A DNA stretch of 64,000 bases from Negaprion brevirostris (lineage: Eukaryota): contig JARDVH010000150.1 of NCBI GenBank assembly GCA_030324005.1, positions 36,919,389 to 36,983,388 on the forward strand, read 5' to 3'. Positions 50,639 through 62,190 of this stretch are shown here, piece by piece. Under the pieces are notes generated by a model. The model was given only the letters and a program-made list of their open reading frames with translations. It was not told where the DNA came from and did no database searches. The translations under genes and the position numbers were made by a program. The first letter of the stretch is position 1, and the number at the start of each line of letters is the position of its first letter.

Positions 50639-51109
50639 CTATTTGAATGTTTGACCCCATTTATACTGTTTCGACAGAAATTTCTATGTCATTGTCTATA
50701 AGACTGATTCATCTCTGTGTGCCTTTTACATCATGGAAGTCATCTGTACCGGAAAAGTGAATTACCCAGCATTAGTTCAGTCTGCCCACCACTGGGAGGG
50801 AATACACGAATAGACTTTGTTTCTGGACTCTGCACCCATGTAAAACAATAATTATTTTTCTGTGGTCTTTGCCCTGTAATACTTTCTTCCTCTACCCTTC
50901 TTTTACTGTACATAGTGACCCCTCTCCTATGTTTTAAATGTGTCCAAATAAACAATCCTCTGAATTTTAACGATGGAAAATTGGATCACACCAAAACTAA
51001 GGATTTGGGAAACACCACCATCACTAAAATACCTTTCTGTTTAAGATAGGTCATGAGCGGAAATCAGGGTTGTTTAACCACCCGTCTATCCATTACACTA
51101 TTAATCCAC

Positions 51110-51285
51110 TTTCTAGGGATGTTGGTTCAGGCCAGCACACCAGGAAGAGTTTCTTGCCTCTTCTTTGAGCAGGTCACAGGATCTTACATGCCCAATTGAT
51201 GGCGAATGGGGCTTCATTTCACGTCCAATCTAAATACACCATCTCAGATGGTACAGCACTCCCTCAGTCATGCACTGAACCTCAG
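51110..51285 (-). mobile_element. Deu-SINE core fragment
   Basis: 'ggccagcacaccagg...gggatcttacatgcc...gtacagcactccctcagtcatgcactg'. Confidence 0.7.
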
Positions 51286-51315
51286 GTGACATAGGACCCC
51301 AAGGTAGGAAAAGAA

Positions 51316-51615
51316 TAAAGTTTATTAGTCACAAATAGGCTTACATTAACACTGCAATGAAGTTACTGTGAAAATCCCCCAATCAGCACACTCTGGCACT
51401 TGTTCGGGTACACTGAGGGAGAATCTAGCATGGCCAATGCACCTAACCAGTATGTCTTTTGGACTGTGGGAGGAAACTGGAGTACCCAGAGGAATCCCAC
51501 ACAGACGCAGGAAGAATGTGCAAACTCCACACAAACAGTGATCCAAGCTGGGAATCAAATCCAGGTCCCTGGAGCTGTGAAGCAACAGTGCTAACCACTG
51601 TGCCATCTCGCTGCC
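51316..51615 (-). mobile_element. V-SINE, alternative tail (family B), full length
   Basis: Same head, core and tail as the 50363 and 61790 copies. Confidence 0.9.
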
Positions 51616-53034
51616 ACTAGAGATAGAATAGCGATCACCTCAGCTCTGAAAGCATTATAGATTTAAAATGCTTTGTCACTGCCACAGTAGGAATAACTTC
51701 ACAAAACGATATAAACAAATTCACAAACAGCGTCAACTAACCATAAATAAAAACAAGTGACAAGAAAAGAAATATGGCGCGCCCAGGGCACTACGCTCTG
51801 TCATGACCCTCAATTTACGGCTGAAGATTGAAGTAAACAACTGTCAGTGTTGAGAAGGCAACAGTCTGCCCTTTGCCCTAAGCGGCACACCTGGGATCTG
51901 AGGAACTTGTTCTTTTATGCAGCAGTCAAACCCCACCCTGTTCACATGCCCACAAAAATAGGACCCAGACAGCAAAGCATTTTCCTCCCAGTCAGAAAAT
52001 GCACGCATTTTTCTAGTTGGCCATTTTGCAAGTTCAGTAGGAACCACAGGCAGGACGTTCAGTCCCTTGAATCTGCCTGTGCCAAGAACAGTACAGATAT
52101 GTGAGCGTCAGGGAAGCCTGGATTCAGAAAGCTTGCATCTAAGACAAGCCATCCCCACCCTGCCCCCAATTTTTTCATCCTCTTCCAAAAGTGATAATAC
52201 TCTGCTGTCCTAATAGTACCTCATCCAAAATAGCTTTAAACATGTGCTATTGAACTGAGGGCATGTCAAAATTCAGTCCAAATGTGTTCTCGGTTTAAAA
52301 TCCACACACCCACAGTAGCAAAAGTCTGGTAACTGGAATTAGGAATGGGAACCTGGTGTAATTCTCACCACCTATCCAGAGCAATTCCCTAGTTTAGAAG
52401 CACTGCAGCCAATGGTGGTACCAGAACTGGCACTCTGGCCCCCACTGGCTGATAGTATGAGGGAGGAGAGGGGTCGCAGGGGCTGGCTATTCCAGACACC
52501 CTCAGCTTGGCCTTTGACAGCTTGAGTAATGGCCAGCTGGAAAGCTGACCAACAATTTCGATATGAAAGTGGATACACTCCACCCATCTTTACCTCCTGT
52601 CTGCAAGGACACTTTCATTAGGAGACAACTAATGGTATAATTGATGGCAGCCTCTGAAAGCACGTTAACTCCAGGTTCACATACATTTTTAATCTGCTTC
52701 AGAAAGGCTATCGCAGGTCTCAAAGGATTCCTGTAACATTCGGAGTTAGATACTAGAGTTGTCCAGTTTTCAAATCAGCAGCAATAGTCGTTGCTCATAG
52801 AACAGTTTTTTTGCAGTTTAAAACATTATTAAAGTCTATGCAATGGTTTGCAAACTCTCATTTGTCCTTACCAATTGGAAATGATTCTTTTAAGTTACAA
52901 GTTTTGGATGAGGGAAATGCAAGTCGAAGAACTCAAAACAACAGAGACATAACTGTGTTCATATAGTGCCCCTCGTAACCTCAGGATATTTGTTCAGTAT
53001 TCCTGGGGTTTGGTGCATTACTATGAACATTACA

Positions 53035-53400
53035 TTCAGCCTGCATTTATATGGAGATTTTAATGTAGCAAAATGATCTAAGATGCTCCACAAGAGCATA
53101 ATCATACAACAAATGACACTGAATCACAAAGGAGATATTAAGAGATACGTTTTAAGCATTTTCTAAAATTTTATGCAGAGATTCCAGCCTAGGCAGCTGG
53201 AGACATGGCCGCCATTGCAATGGGCAAAGGGAGTCAGGAATAGGGAAGTGTGATGCCTTGGACTGGAACACCAGGGTATAGAATTTTAAAAATTGGTGAT
53301 AGACTGGAGTCAGCATAGTCAGCAAGCACAGGGACTGAATGAGCAAAGGGGACTTGACACAAGTTAATATTCAGGAACAGTCTTGGTTGTGCTCAAGTTC
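53035..53400 (-). mobile_element. L2 LINE 3' fragment
   Basis: 'ctgcatttatatggagattttaatgtagcaaaatgatctaagatgctccacaagagc...cctaggcagctggagacatggccgcc'. Confidence 0.7.
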
Positions 53401-55729
53401 AGAGAGTACTCTAGCCTGTGAGAAGCTTAGTTACACACTCACTGCAAGCAAATTGTTTGATTTCACATCTCTCCAATCATTCCCATCTGCCACTTGATTG
53501 AAACATCATTTATGAAGAGGGAGTCCAATCAGCAAACTATTCAACTGCAGGGGGTTTTGCAGCCGAACCTGATCCTGTCTCCATACAGGCATCAGTTAAC
53601 AAGCATTATTGGACAATAATCTGGATCAAAAATCCTGGCTCACTGAAGACTCGGCAGGGGATTGTTGTGCCCCTTGCCAAGATTAACTAATTCAGAACAG
53701 GTTGAAACCTGATCCTAGGCTATTGTGACATAATTCACGTGGTGTGGTACTTTGACATTTCAAAATAAAGCCGACAGGCGTTACAAAAATAATCCTGTTG
53801 AGGGTCAAAAAGATATCCTTTTAGAAAAAAAATAAAAAGCAACAAAACCAGCCAGGTTACTCCTCTTGACCATTTCTTGAGCTTTAACGGCAATGACAGA
53901 GTCAAGTTTGACCATGCGGACCCTCATACTCAGGTAAATCGTTAACAGAGAGCATGAATACTTGTGTTGCTGTTTACAATAAGGCCCTAATTGCTGGATG
54001 GGAGACCGTGTACTCCCAGTGTGCAACATTAGTGTGTGAGATTATACTCCAGTGTGCTAGAATGATAAGAGAGACCATACCCTTTGTGAGAGAGAGCATG
54101 CCCAGACCCTATCCACAGCACAAGAGTCAGTGTCTTTGGGGGGGGTGGGGGTGGGTACCGAACAAGACAGAAAATAAAACTGACTTTTGCAAGTAATAGG
54201 GGAACATGAATACTGGGTGGGGTGCAATCAAATATTTTAAAAGAGGGCTTGTCCTTGAGACACACCCATGTATTAGGCTATTTGGCACTGACTCTGCTTT
54301 TCCCCCACTCACCTGCTTAGGTTGCTTTTTAAAATCCTAAAGCTTTCTCCAGNNNNNNNNNNNNNNNNNNNNNNNNNNNNNNNNNNNNNNNNNNNNNNNN
54401 NNNNNNNNNNNNNNNNNNNNNNNNNNNNNNNNNNNNNNNNNNNNNNNNNNNNTTTTTAAAATCCTAAAGCTTTCTCCAGTGTTGCAGCTTGGGATTCCTA
54501 CTGACCATTTCACCCCTCCATCAGCTTTTTAAAAACTGCCTAGAAATATAAGAGCTCTCTAAGTGATGAGGTATTCCCATTCCACAGCAAGAGAATTTCT
54601 CAATGGAAGCAGGGTCCAGGTCTTGACACTCCCGCATACTAAAAAGGACACTCTATTCCAACTCAGTCACCTTCACAAAAACCTACCTGACCCAAGGGAA
54701 GCTGCCATAGAGTTAACCCAGGCACCTGGGGTCAGGGGGCATAAGAAAGAAGAGAGCGTGGATGGACAAAAACAATCTTGATTCTGCCATCCATAAATGA
54801 GGACACATGTAGGGGGAATCTCTGGTGCAAAACACAAAACTGTTCCATTATGACATACTGGGTAAGTAGGGCATTCACTGGCATGGCCAGAAGGTATCTT
54901 AACAAAGAAAGAGAAAAACCTCAACAGGAGCTACTTCTCTCATATGATGCCAAATTTCTTCTGCGGCTGATATTGGAGTGAGTCCCCAGCTAAACACACA
55001 GGGTTAGTCATCAATGGAGGACTCCAGGTTAAAATATGTAAAAACCTTCCCAATGGGAGAGGGCACACTGCTCTGGGAATATTACAGGCTCCAGTTTTAG
55101 TTGCTAGGCTGCCTATATGGTATTGGCTACTTGAGAATAAAGCACTTTGGGATTCATATTTGCTTCTTTCAGATTCAAAAACACAAGAGGCCATTTCATA
55201 AGCCATCACCCCTCCCCTCCCTTTCAGCTGGGCATCATGTTCACAGCTAGAAAAAAAAGTGTACAATTTTCAGAATCATATCTTAAGTCCACTCTATTAG
55301 ATGCTAATAAGGGCCAACTTAGTTCTCTATACCCTCCCTGCCAAACCAATCTTTCCAATTTTCCACATTTTCCAAACTGCAATCATAACCAAGTGTGTTT
55401 GGAAATTTTGCCTTGATTCTTTACAAAATAGAAGCATCTCCAGCCCTTTCCCTTTATATTCCTCCAAACCACATTAAAATAAAAGTGCAGAATGCAAGGC
55501 CAAATGAACTCGAGCTGAAAGTTCGTTGCTTTTTCAACATGACATGACTGTAGTGACCTTGGATCAAATGGAACATTTATCACTAGGAATGTACAGCAGA
55601 CCCTCCCACAACAATATTCCAGAATCATCCACTAAAAAAATAAAACTCAATAGTACCTACCCTGGTGTACAGAATTTAAGTCGTCCTATTTTGATGATCC
55701 TACATCTCTAGACCTCAGGTTAAAATGGT

Positions 55730-55870
55730 TGCAACCATCTTGTATGATCGTGGTGCCTTGGTGGTCAACATGTGGTGTGGCTTAGTAGCTCCACTCCAGC
55801 ACAGCAGACTCTGACATGGCAGTCTCTGCCACATTTGCTGCACAGGAAGGTAGTGGGAGGAGAAGGTGCA
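55730..55870 (-). mobile_element. RTE-clade 3' remnant
   Basis: Minus strand LCSKCGRDCHVRV...LLSHT resembles the RTE ORF C-terminal Cys/His knuckle. Confidence 0.6.
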
Positions 55871-56066
55871 CAATTGGGGCCAGCAGAGTTTTTAAGATTC
55901 TACTTACTGCTTCCAGAGCCCTTCCAAACAATCAACCTCCAGAGATCAAACCAAATCAGCAACTGTCAGTGCCATTTGTTCTCTTGATGTTGACAGTCAA
56001 ACCAAACTCTTTACAGATGTGAGAATCCTTCTGTTTCTTGCTGAAGGCATTCTTTGGTATGGGATG

Positions 56067-56428
56067 TAGAATCTTAGAATCTCTGCAGTGCAGAAGAGGC
56101 CATTCGGCCTATTGATTCTACACCAACTCTGACAGAATATATCTTACCTAGGCCCTCTCCCCCACCCTATCCCTAAAACCCTACATATTTGCCTTGGCTA
56201 AGCCATCTAATGTACGCACCTTGGACACCAAGGAGCAATTTAGTATGGCTGATCCACCTGACCTACACATCTTTGGACTGAGAGGAGAAACTGGAGCACC
56301 TGGGGAAAACCCAAGCAAACAGAGGGAGAATGTGCAAACTCCACAGGGACAGTCATTGAAGGCCGGAATTGAACCCAGGTCCCTGATGCTGTGAGGCAGC
56401 AATGCTAACCACCGTGCCACCATGCTGC
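56067..56428 (-). mobile_element. HE1 V-SINE, full length
   Basis: Tail 'tagaatcttagaatctctgcagtgcagaagaggccattcggcc' and head 'gtgaggcagcaatgctaaccaccgtgccaccatgctgcc'. Confidence 0.9.
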
Positions 56429-56904
56429 CTTCATATACTGGGCACCGTCAGTGCAGAACTACAAGGGTCACAAATGANNNNNNNNNNATGAGGACGAATT
56501 CCTGAAGCTTTTATCTAATGAACTTTCCAACACAAGCTTTCCCCCTTCACTCATATGTTATGACATAAAAGAAAATGGGGGAAAAATATCCACAAAATCT
56601 TTTGTAATTGACTTTTCTTCCGGGTTATTTGCTGCAGTGTCTGGGAAATGAATCTTCAACCTCTGGAGTCTCCCAGACTATCTTTTCTGAATCCATTTCT
56701 AATTTTATCTTTCCATAGCACGTAATGCTGCCCTTTGACCCCTCAACTGAGAAATAAGCCACACCTTCCTGTTNNNNNNNNNNNNNNNNNNNNNNNNNNN
56801 NNNNNNNNNNNNNNNNNNTGGAGTCACTCCAAACACAAAATGAATGAGGCAAATGTGATTGGGATTAAACTATGCTGTAAAGTGTGCCCCAATTGATTAG
56901 CAGC

Positions 56905-57210
56905 AACGATGAATTTTTCACAGCACCTTAAAACGTCGCAAAAACGGCCCATGAGATTTCACAGGAAGCATCATCAAAACAAAACTTGTCACCTAGCCAC
57001 AAATAATAATAGGGAGGAAGAAAAGTAGAGAGGCAAAGTAGTTTCCGGAGAGAATTCCAGAGCTTAGAACCCACCAATAGTGCAACAATTAAAATCACAA
57101 AGAGGCCAGAATTAAGAAAGAATTACTAAGAGTTATTGGAAGTGCTGTAGGACTGACGGGGGTTACAGTGACAGGAAGGGGCAAGGCCATGGAGGGATTC
57201 AAAAAAAGTT
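56905..57210 (-). mobile_element. L2 LINE 3' fragment
   Basis: 'gagagaattccagagcttagaa...agaggccagaatta...gggcaaggccatggagggatt'. Confidence 0.75.
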
Positions 57211-57749
57211 AAACTGGGACATGACTGGACAGTAAACTTTCTCTGTAGGCCTGTAAATCTCTCTCTAACTATTTACCCAATTCTCTTTGGAAAGTTCCAA
57301 TTAAATCTGCTTCCACCAGTCTATCCAGAAGTGCATTCTAGCTTTGAACGTACACATATCCAGTGACTGGTAAAGGTCTGGTTGAAATATGGTTACTCTG
57401 TAACTGAAAAACTACCAAACTGTAAACTTTTACCTTGTTGAGGTGACCTTCAGCGTGCGATACTATCATCTGTTTGCAGCATTCTGACACCTGCTCGGCC
57501 AATTGGGAGTTCTGCGGGGCTGAGGCCTGACCTTACAGCCCTCCAACTATAATTCATTATTTTAATAGAGCCACAGTAAGGAACTAAGCTATGTATATTC
57601 TTCAGATGATGTACAGAAAGTCTCCTTTATACTGCTTCCACTTCTAATTCACTGCTGTTTCCCCAGTAATCCAGCAATAAAATGGATCAAAGAGACTCTC
57701 CTTTTTATGATTATTATCAGAGGGAATCTGTGCTGATGATAGAAAGTCA

Positions 57750-58190
57750 GAATTGCATTTATTTAACTCCTTTCATGATAACGGGGCATCCTAAAAGGCT
57801 TCACAGCCAATTAAGTGCTCCTTGAAGTGTAGCCACTGTTGTATAAGAAATACGGTGGCCCATTTGTGGGCAGCAAGCTCCTACCAACAGCAACTTGACC
57901 AGATCATCTGTTTTGGTGATGTTGATTGGAGTAAATATTGCCCAGGATAACTGTGATAAATCCCCCATTCTCCTTCAAAATAGTGCCAAGAATCTGTTTG
58001 TGTCCACCGGAGAGGGCAGACAGGGACTTAGTGTAACGTCTCAGCTAAAAGGTGTATTTCCAGCAGTGCAGCTCTTCTTCAATACTGCGTTGGTGTATCA
58101 GCCTGTATTTTTGTGCTCAAATCTGAAGACTTGAATCCACAATGATTTGACTCAGAGTCGAGAATGCTACCAACTGAACCACAGTTGACT
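57750..58190 (-). mobile_element. SacSINE1/Deu-SINE-like, full length (best copy)
   Basis: Tail 'ttgcatttatttaactcctttcatga', Deu core, and head 'tgactcagagtcgagaatgctaccaactgaaccacagttgac'. Confidence 0.9.
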
Positions 58191-58544
58191 GAAGAGAGAG
58201 CTTTAAGGAAAGTCATTCTGATTACATTCTTACAGAAACTGAGATGTAACTCGACTATAATTCCATCTGTTTTGAACTAATAACCACCCACAGGCACTCA
58301 CTTTAGTGTTGAGGGTATTGGCAGGAACCTCTCAGTCTCTGGTGAGTGTTNNNNNNNNNNTGAGCTGGGAGGACATCTGAAGGTAAAATTCCGAAAAGGA
58401 GAAAGTGCCTGAGTGTCCAATTATAGAAAACAGCAATGCTGGACACTGACAATCTTTAGCACTTCAGAAATATGAAGGAAGCAGGAGAGAGAAGTAGATA
58501 GAATCATGACCAGGAGATTTCCTTTTGTCAAACTAAGTTTGGTG

Positions 58545-59050
58545 CTGTTGTCATTATGTTACTGGACTATCAATCCAGAAAACAGGTTCCAGGGACCTGG
58601 GTTCGATTCTGGCCTCGAGGCAACAGTGTAGAGTTTACAGACTCCCTGTGTCTGTGTAGGTTTCCTCCTATTGTCCAAAGATGTGCACGTTTGGAGGATT
58701 AGCCGTGCTAAATTGCCCTTTAGTGTCAGGAAGACTAGCTAGGGTAAATGTATGGGGTTATGGGGACAGAGCCTGTGTGGGATTGTAGTCAGTGCAGACT
58801 TGATGGGCCAAATGGCCTCCTTCTGCACTGAATGCTTCTATGAAAATCTATGATTTCAGTTTGAGAATTTGAATTGGAAGCAGAAAGTGACAGTGAAGCA
58901 TTTGGATTGTCAGGGAAAACTTTCAATGGGTTCACATTAAGATCGCTTAAGGAAGAGAAGTTACTGTCCTCTCCGTTCTGGCCTATATGTGACTCCAATC
59001 TCACACCAGCATGGTGGACTTTTAACACTGGAGTGGCCTAGCAAATTACT
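58545..59050 (+). mobile_element. Family-C SINE interrupted by an HE1 V-SINE (about 58588-58855)
   Basis: Head 'atgttactggactatcaatccaga', then HE1 'ccagggacctgggttcgattc...tgatgggccaaatggcctccttctgcactg...tctatga', then 'gaatttgaatt...tggcctatatgtgactcca'. Confidence 0.8.
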
Positions 59051-59164
59051 TTGTATCAGACTGTTGTATAGTCCCCATTTTATAGCATTGAGTATCTTCA
59101 CCACGGGGTTTAGGAAGAAGATCCATCATTACATTCTCAAGTGAAACTGGGGATGAACACGATA

Positions 59165-60603
59165 TAAAGACTGAAGGCAATGGATACTGCTAAGGTTCTG
59201 GGGACCCTTGCAACATCCCAGCAATAATGACGACGTCTACTGCTCCAGAACTAGCTGTGCCCCATGACCAAGCTGTTCCTGTACAGTTACAATACTGGCA
59301 TCTACTCAATAATGCTCAGATACATCCTGTCCACAAAAAGCAGGACAAATTAAATCTGGCCAATTACTGCCCCATCAGCCTAATCTTGATCATCATCAAG
59401 AAAGTAATAGAAGCTGTTGTCAACAGTGCTATCAAGTAACACTTACAGCATAATAACCTGCTCACTAATGCTCAGTTTGGGTTCCGCCAATGCCATTTGG
59501 CTCCTGACCTCATTGCAGCCATGATCTAAACATGGAGAAAGGGGCTGAATTCCAGACAGGAGTGGAAAGACTGCCCTTGACATCAAGACAGCATTGGACA
59601 GATTGTGACATTGAGGAGCCATGGCAAAATTGAAGCTGATGGGAATTATGGGGAAACTTCCCACTGACTGGAGTCATACCTAGCACAAACGTTGTGGTTA
59701 TTGGAGGTCAATAATTTTAGTCCCACAACATCTCTGTAGGAGTTCCTCAGGGTAAATGTCCTAAGCCCAACCATCTTCAGCTGCTTCATCATTGACCTTC
59801 CCTCCGTTAAAAGGTCAGATGTGGGGATGTTCACTGATGATTGTGCAGTGCTCAATACCATTCACAATTCCCCAGATGGTAGGGCAATCCATGCAACAGT
59901 CTAGACAACATTCAAATTTGGGCTTAAGTAGCAAGTGACAGGCAATGACCATCTCCAATGAGACAATAGGATTACCATCACTCAATCCCCTCATCATCAA
60001 CCTGGAGGTTACCATTGACAAGAAGCTAAACCAGACCTGCCGTATAAATATTGTGGTTGCAAGAGCAGGTTACTGGCAGGGAACTCTGCAGTGAGAAACT
60101 CACCTCCTGACTCCCCAAATCCCATTCAGCATCTACAAAGCACAAGTCAGGAGTGTGTTGAAATACTCTCCGCTTGACTGGCTGAGTGTAGCTCCAAGAA
60201 CATTCATGAAGCTTAACACCATCCAGGCAAAGTAGCCTACTTTTGAGGCACTCCTTCGCAATTTAAACATTTACTCTCTCCATCTCTGGTGCACCGTGGC
60301 AGCAGTGCACCAAGGTTTCTACCACCTAAAAGGCCAAGAGCAGCTGATGCACGGAGACACCACTAATTGCAAGTTCCTCTCCAATTCACACAACATCCTG
60401 ACTTGCAATGATATCATCATTCCTTCACTGTTGCTGGATAAAAGTTCTGGAATGTTCTCCTGAACGGAACTGTTGGTGTATCTGCACCACATGGACTGCA
60501 ACAGTTTAAGAAGGCAACTCAACCACTTTAAGGTAATTAGGGATGGGCAGTAAATACTGACGCTGCCAGTGACACCCACATCCCATGAAAGAGCAAAAAA
60601 AAA
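59165..60603 (+). mobile_element. Zenon-like CR1-group LINE ORF2 pseudogene, 3' 1.4 kb
   Basis: TAPELA...AQIHPVHKKQDKLNLANYCPISL...AQFGFRQ...GVPQG...MFTDD...IYKAQVRSVLKYSPLDWLSVAP, with an A-rich tail. Confidence 0.92.
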
Positions 60604-61163
60604 TGCTAGCCTTAAGTAACACCACCCACATCCCAAAACCTAAATTTTCCATTCTCCCAGTGCGGCAGGAATTGTCATGGCCAGAATGGAAAATCAGATG
60701 GAGCAGCAAAAGGTTCAATAACTTTGCAGGGGGGAAATTTCCAGTCTTGTAGCTGACAGGACAGGAAAATTCCATTCCAAGAATTAATTTTTTAAGAAGC
60801 GTTGGTGTGTGGGCTTGGAGTGGGCTGAAACACAAGATGTGGCAGTGTTATCAGGCCATGCAGCAACAGCAAGGCAAATACACATATACATAAATAGCAG
60901 CAAATGAAAAGTGCATTGGTGGTTGGTGGTGGTGGGGGGTTACCGAGTACTCCAGCAAGTCAAGAGTGGGACGGGCGGGGGGGGACGAGACTGCAAAGTT
61001 AAGCAATACTTCAATAGAGTTAAAAATACAGTGGTAAATCAAACAGTTATTATTCTAAAATTANNNNNNNNNNNNNNNNNNNNNNNNNNNNNNNNNNNNN
61101 NNNNNNNNNNNNNNNNNNNNNNNNNNNNNNNNNNNNNNNNNNNNNNNNNNNNNNNNNNNNNNN

Positions 61164-61250
61164 GTGACCCCTCGAAAGCTTGTGGGTTTATTATCAAATA
61201 GATCGGTTGGACTAAAACCTGGTGTTGTCAGACTTTTTACTGTGTTTCAG
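61164..61250 (+). mobile_element. Penelope-type terminal fragment (second family) after a gap
   Basis: 'ctcgaaagcttgtg...gttggactaaaacctggtgttgtcagactttttactgtg'. The CGAAA is the expected 3' half of a hammerhead core whose 5' half would lie in the gap. Confidence 0.6.
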
Positions 61251-61456
61251 ATAACACCATAGCTCCAATATAATTTCAAAAAGTATTCTGCAAGACATTC
61301 AGATGACAATGCTCCTGCAGTTTCCCACAGGTGTGCAGAGAAATGATGCCACTCTCCTAGTCTGAATGCCACCTATAAAAAAGGTAGTCTAAATGCATAC
61401 ATGTCCCAAGCAAACAAGGCTTGCCTGCAACAAAACAGATGAACAAAATTCAAATG

Positions 61457-62190
61457 AGTCAGCTGTGGCTCTGTGGTATAACTCTGGCCTTGGAGTGAGG
61501 AGGTTGTGGGTTCATGTCTGATTCCATGGACCTCAGCACATAAACTCAGCTCACTCCACTGCAATGCTGAGGGAATGCTGCATTGTCTACGGTGCTGTCT
61601 TTTGGATGTGGCCCTGGCTGGTCATTCAATTTGAAATAAAAAGGTCAGATAGCACTCTGTGAAGAGTAAGGGAATTCTCCTTGCAGACCTGGCCATTTCT
61701 TATCCCTCAGCTAATATCAGAAACAGATCATCTGGTCATTTGTTTCAACACTACTTATGGGATCTTGCTGCATGGAATTTTTTTAAAAAGTCTTTTTAAA
61801 TTTATTTTTTAGTGTTACAAGTAGGCTTACATTAACACTGAAGTTACTGTGAAAATCCACTAGTCGCCTGTTTGGGTTCACTGAGGGAGAATTTAGCGTG
61901 GACAATGCACCCAACCAGCATGTTTTTCAGACTGTGGGAGGAAACCAGAGCACCGGAGGAAACTCTCAGAACGGGGAGAACATACAAACTCCACACAGAC
62001 AGTGACCTAAGCCAGGAATCGAACCCAGTTCCCTGGTGCTGAGAGGCAGCAGTGCTAACCACTGTGCCACCAGCCATGGGTCCAAACATTACAATAGTGA
62101 TTACACTTCAAAAAAGTACTTCTTTGGCTGTAAAGAGCTTTATGACATCCTGAAGGTAAGGAAGGGATATAAACAAGAGTTCTTTCCATT
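61457..62190 (+). mobile_element. Deu-SINE split by a family-B V-SINE (about 61790-62072, minus)
   Basis: The Deu-SINE head 'gtcagctgtggctctgtggtataactct' runs to 'gggatcttgctg' and resumes at 'acattacaatagtgattacacttcaaaa...ggctgtaaagagcttt'. Confidence 0.9.

Noticed and set aside
50363-51615. tRNA genes suggested by A/B-box-like sequence (GGTTCGATTCC)
   Set aside because: These are tRNA-derived SINE heads continuing into V-SINE cores, with no complete cloverleaf.
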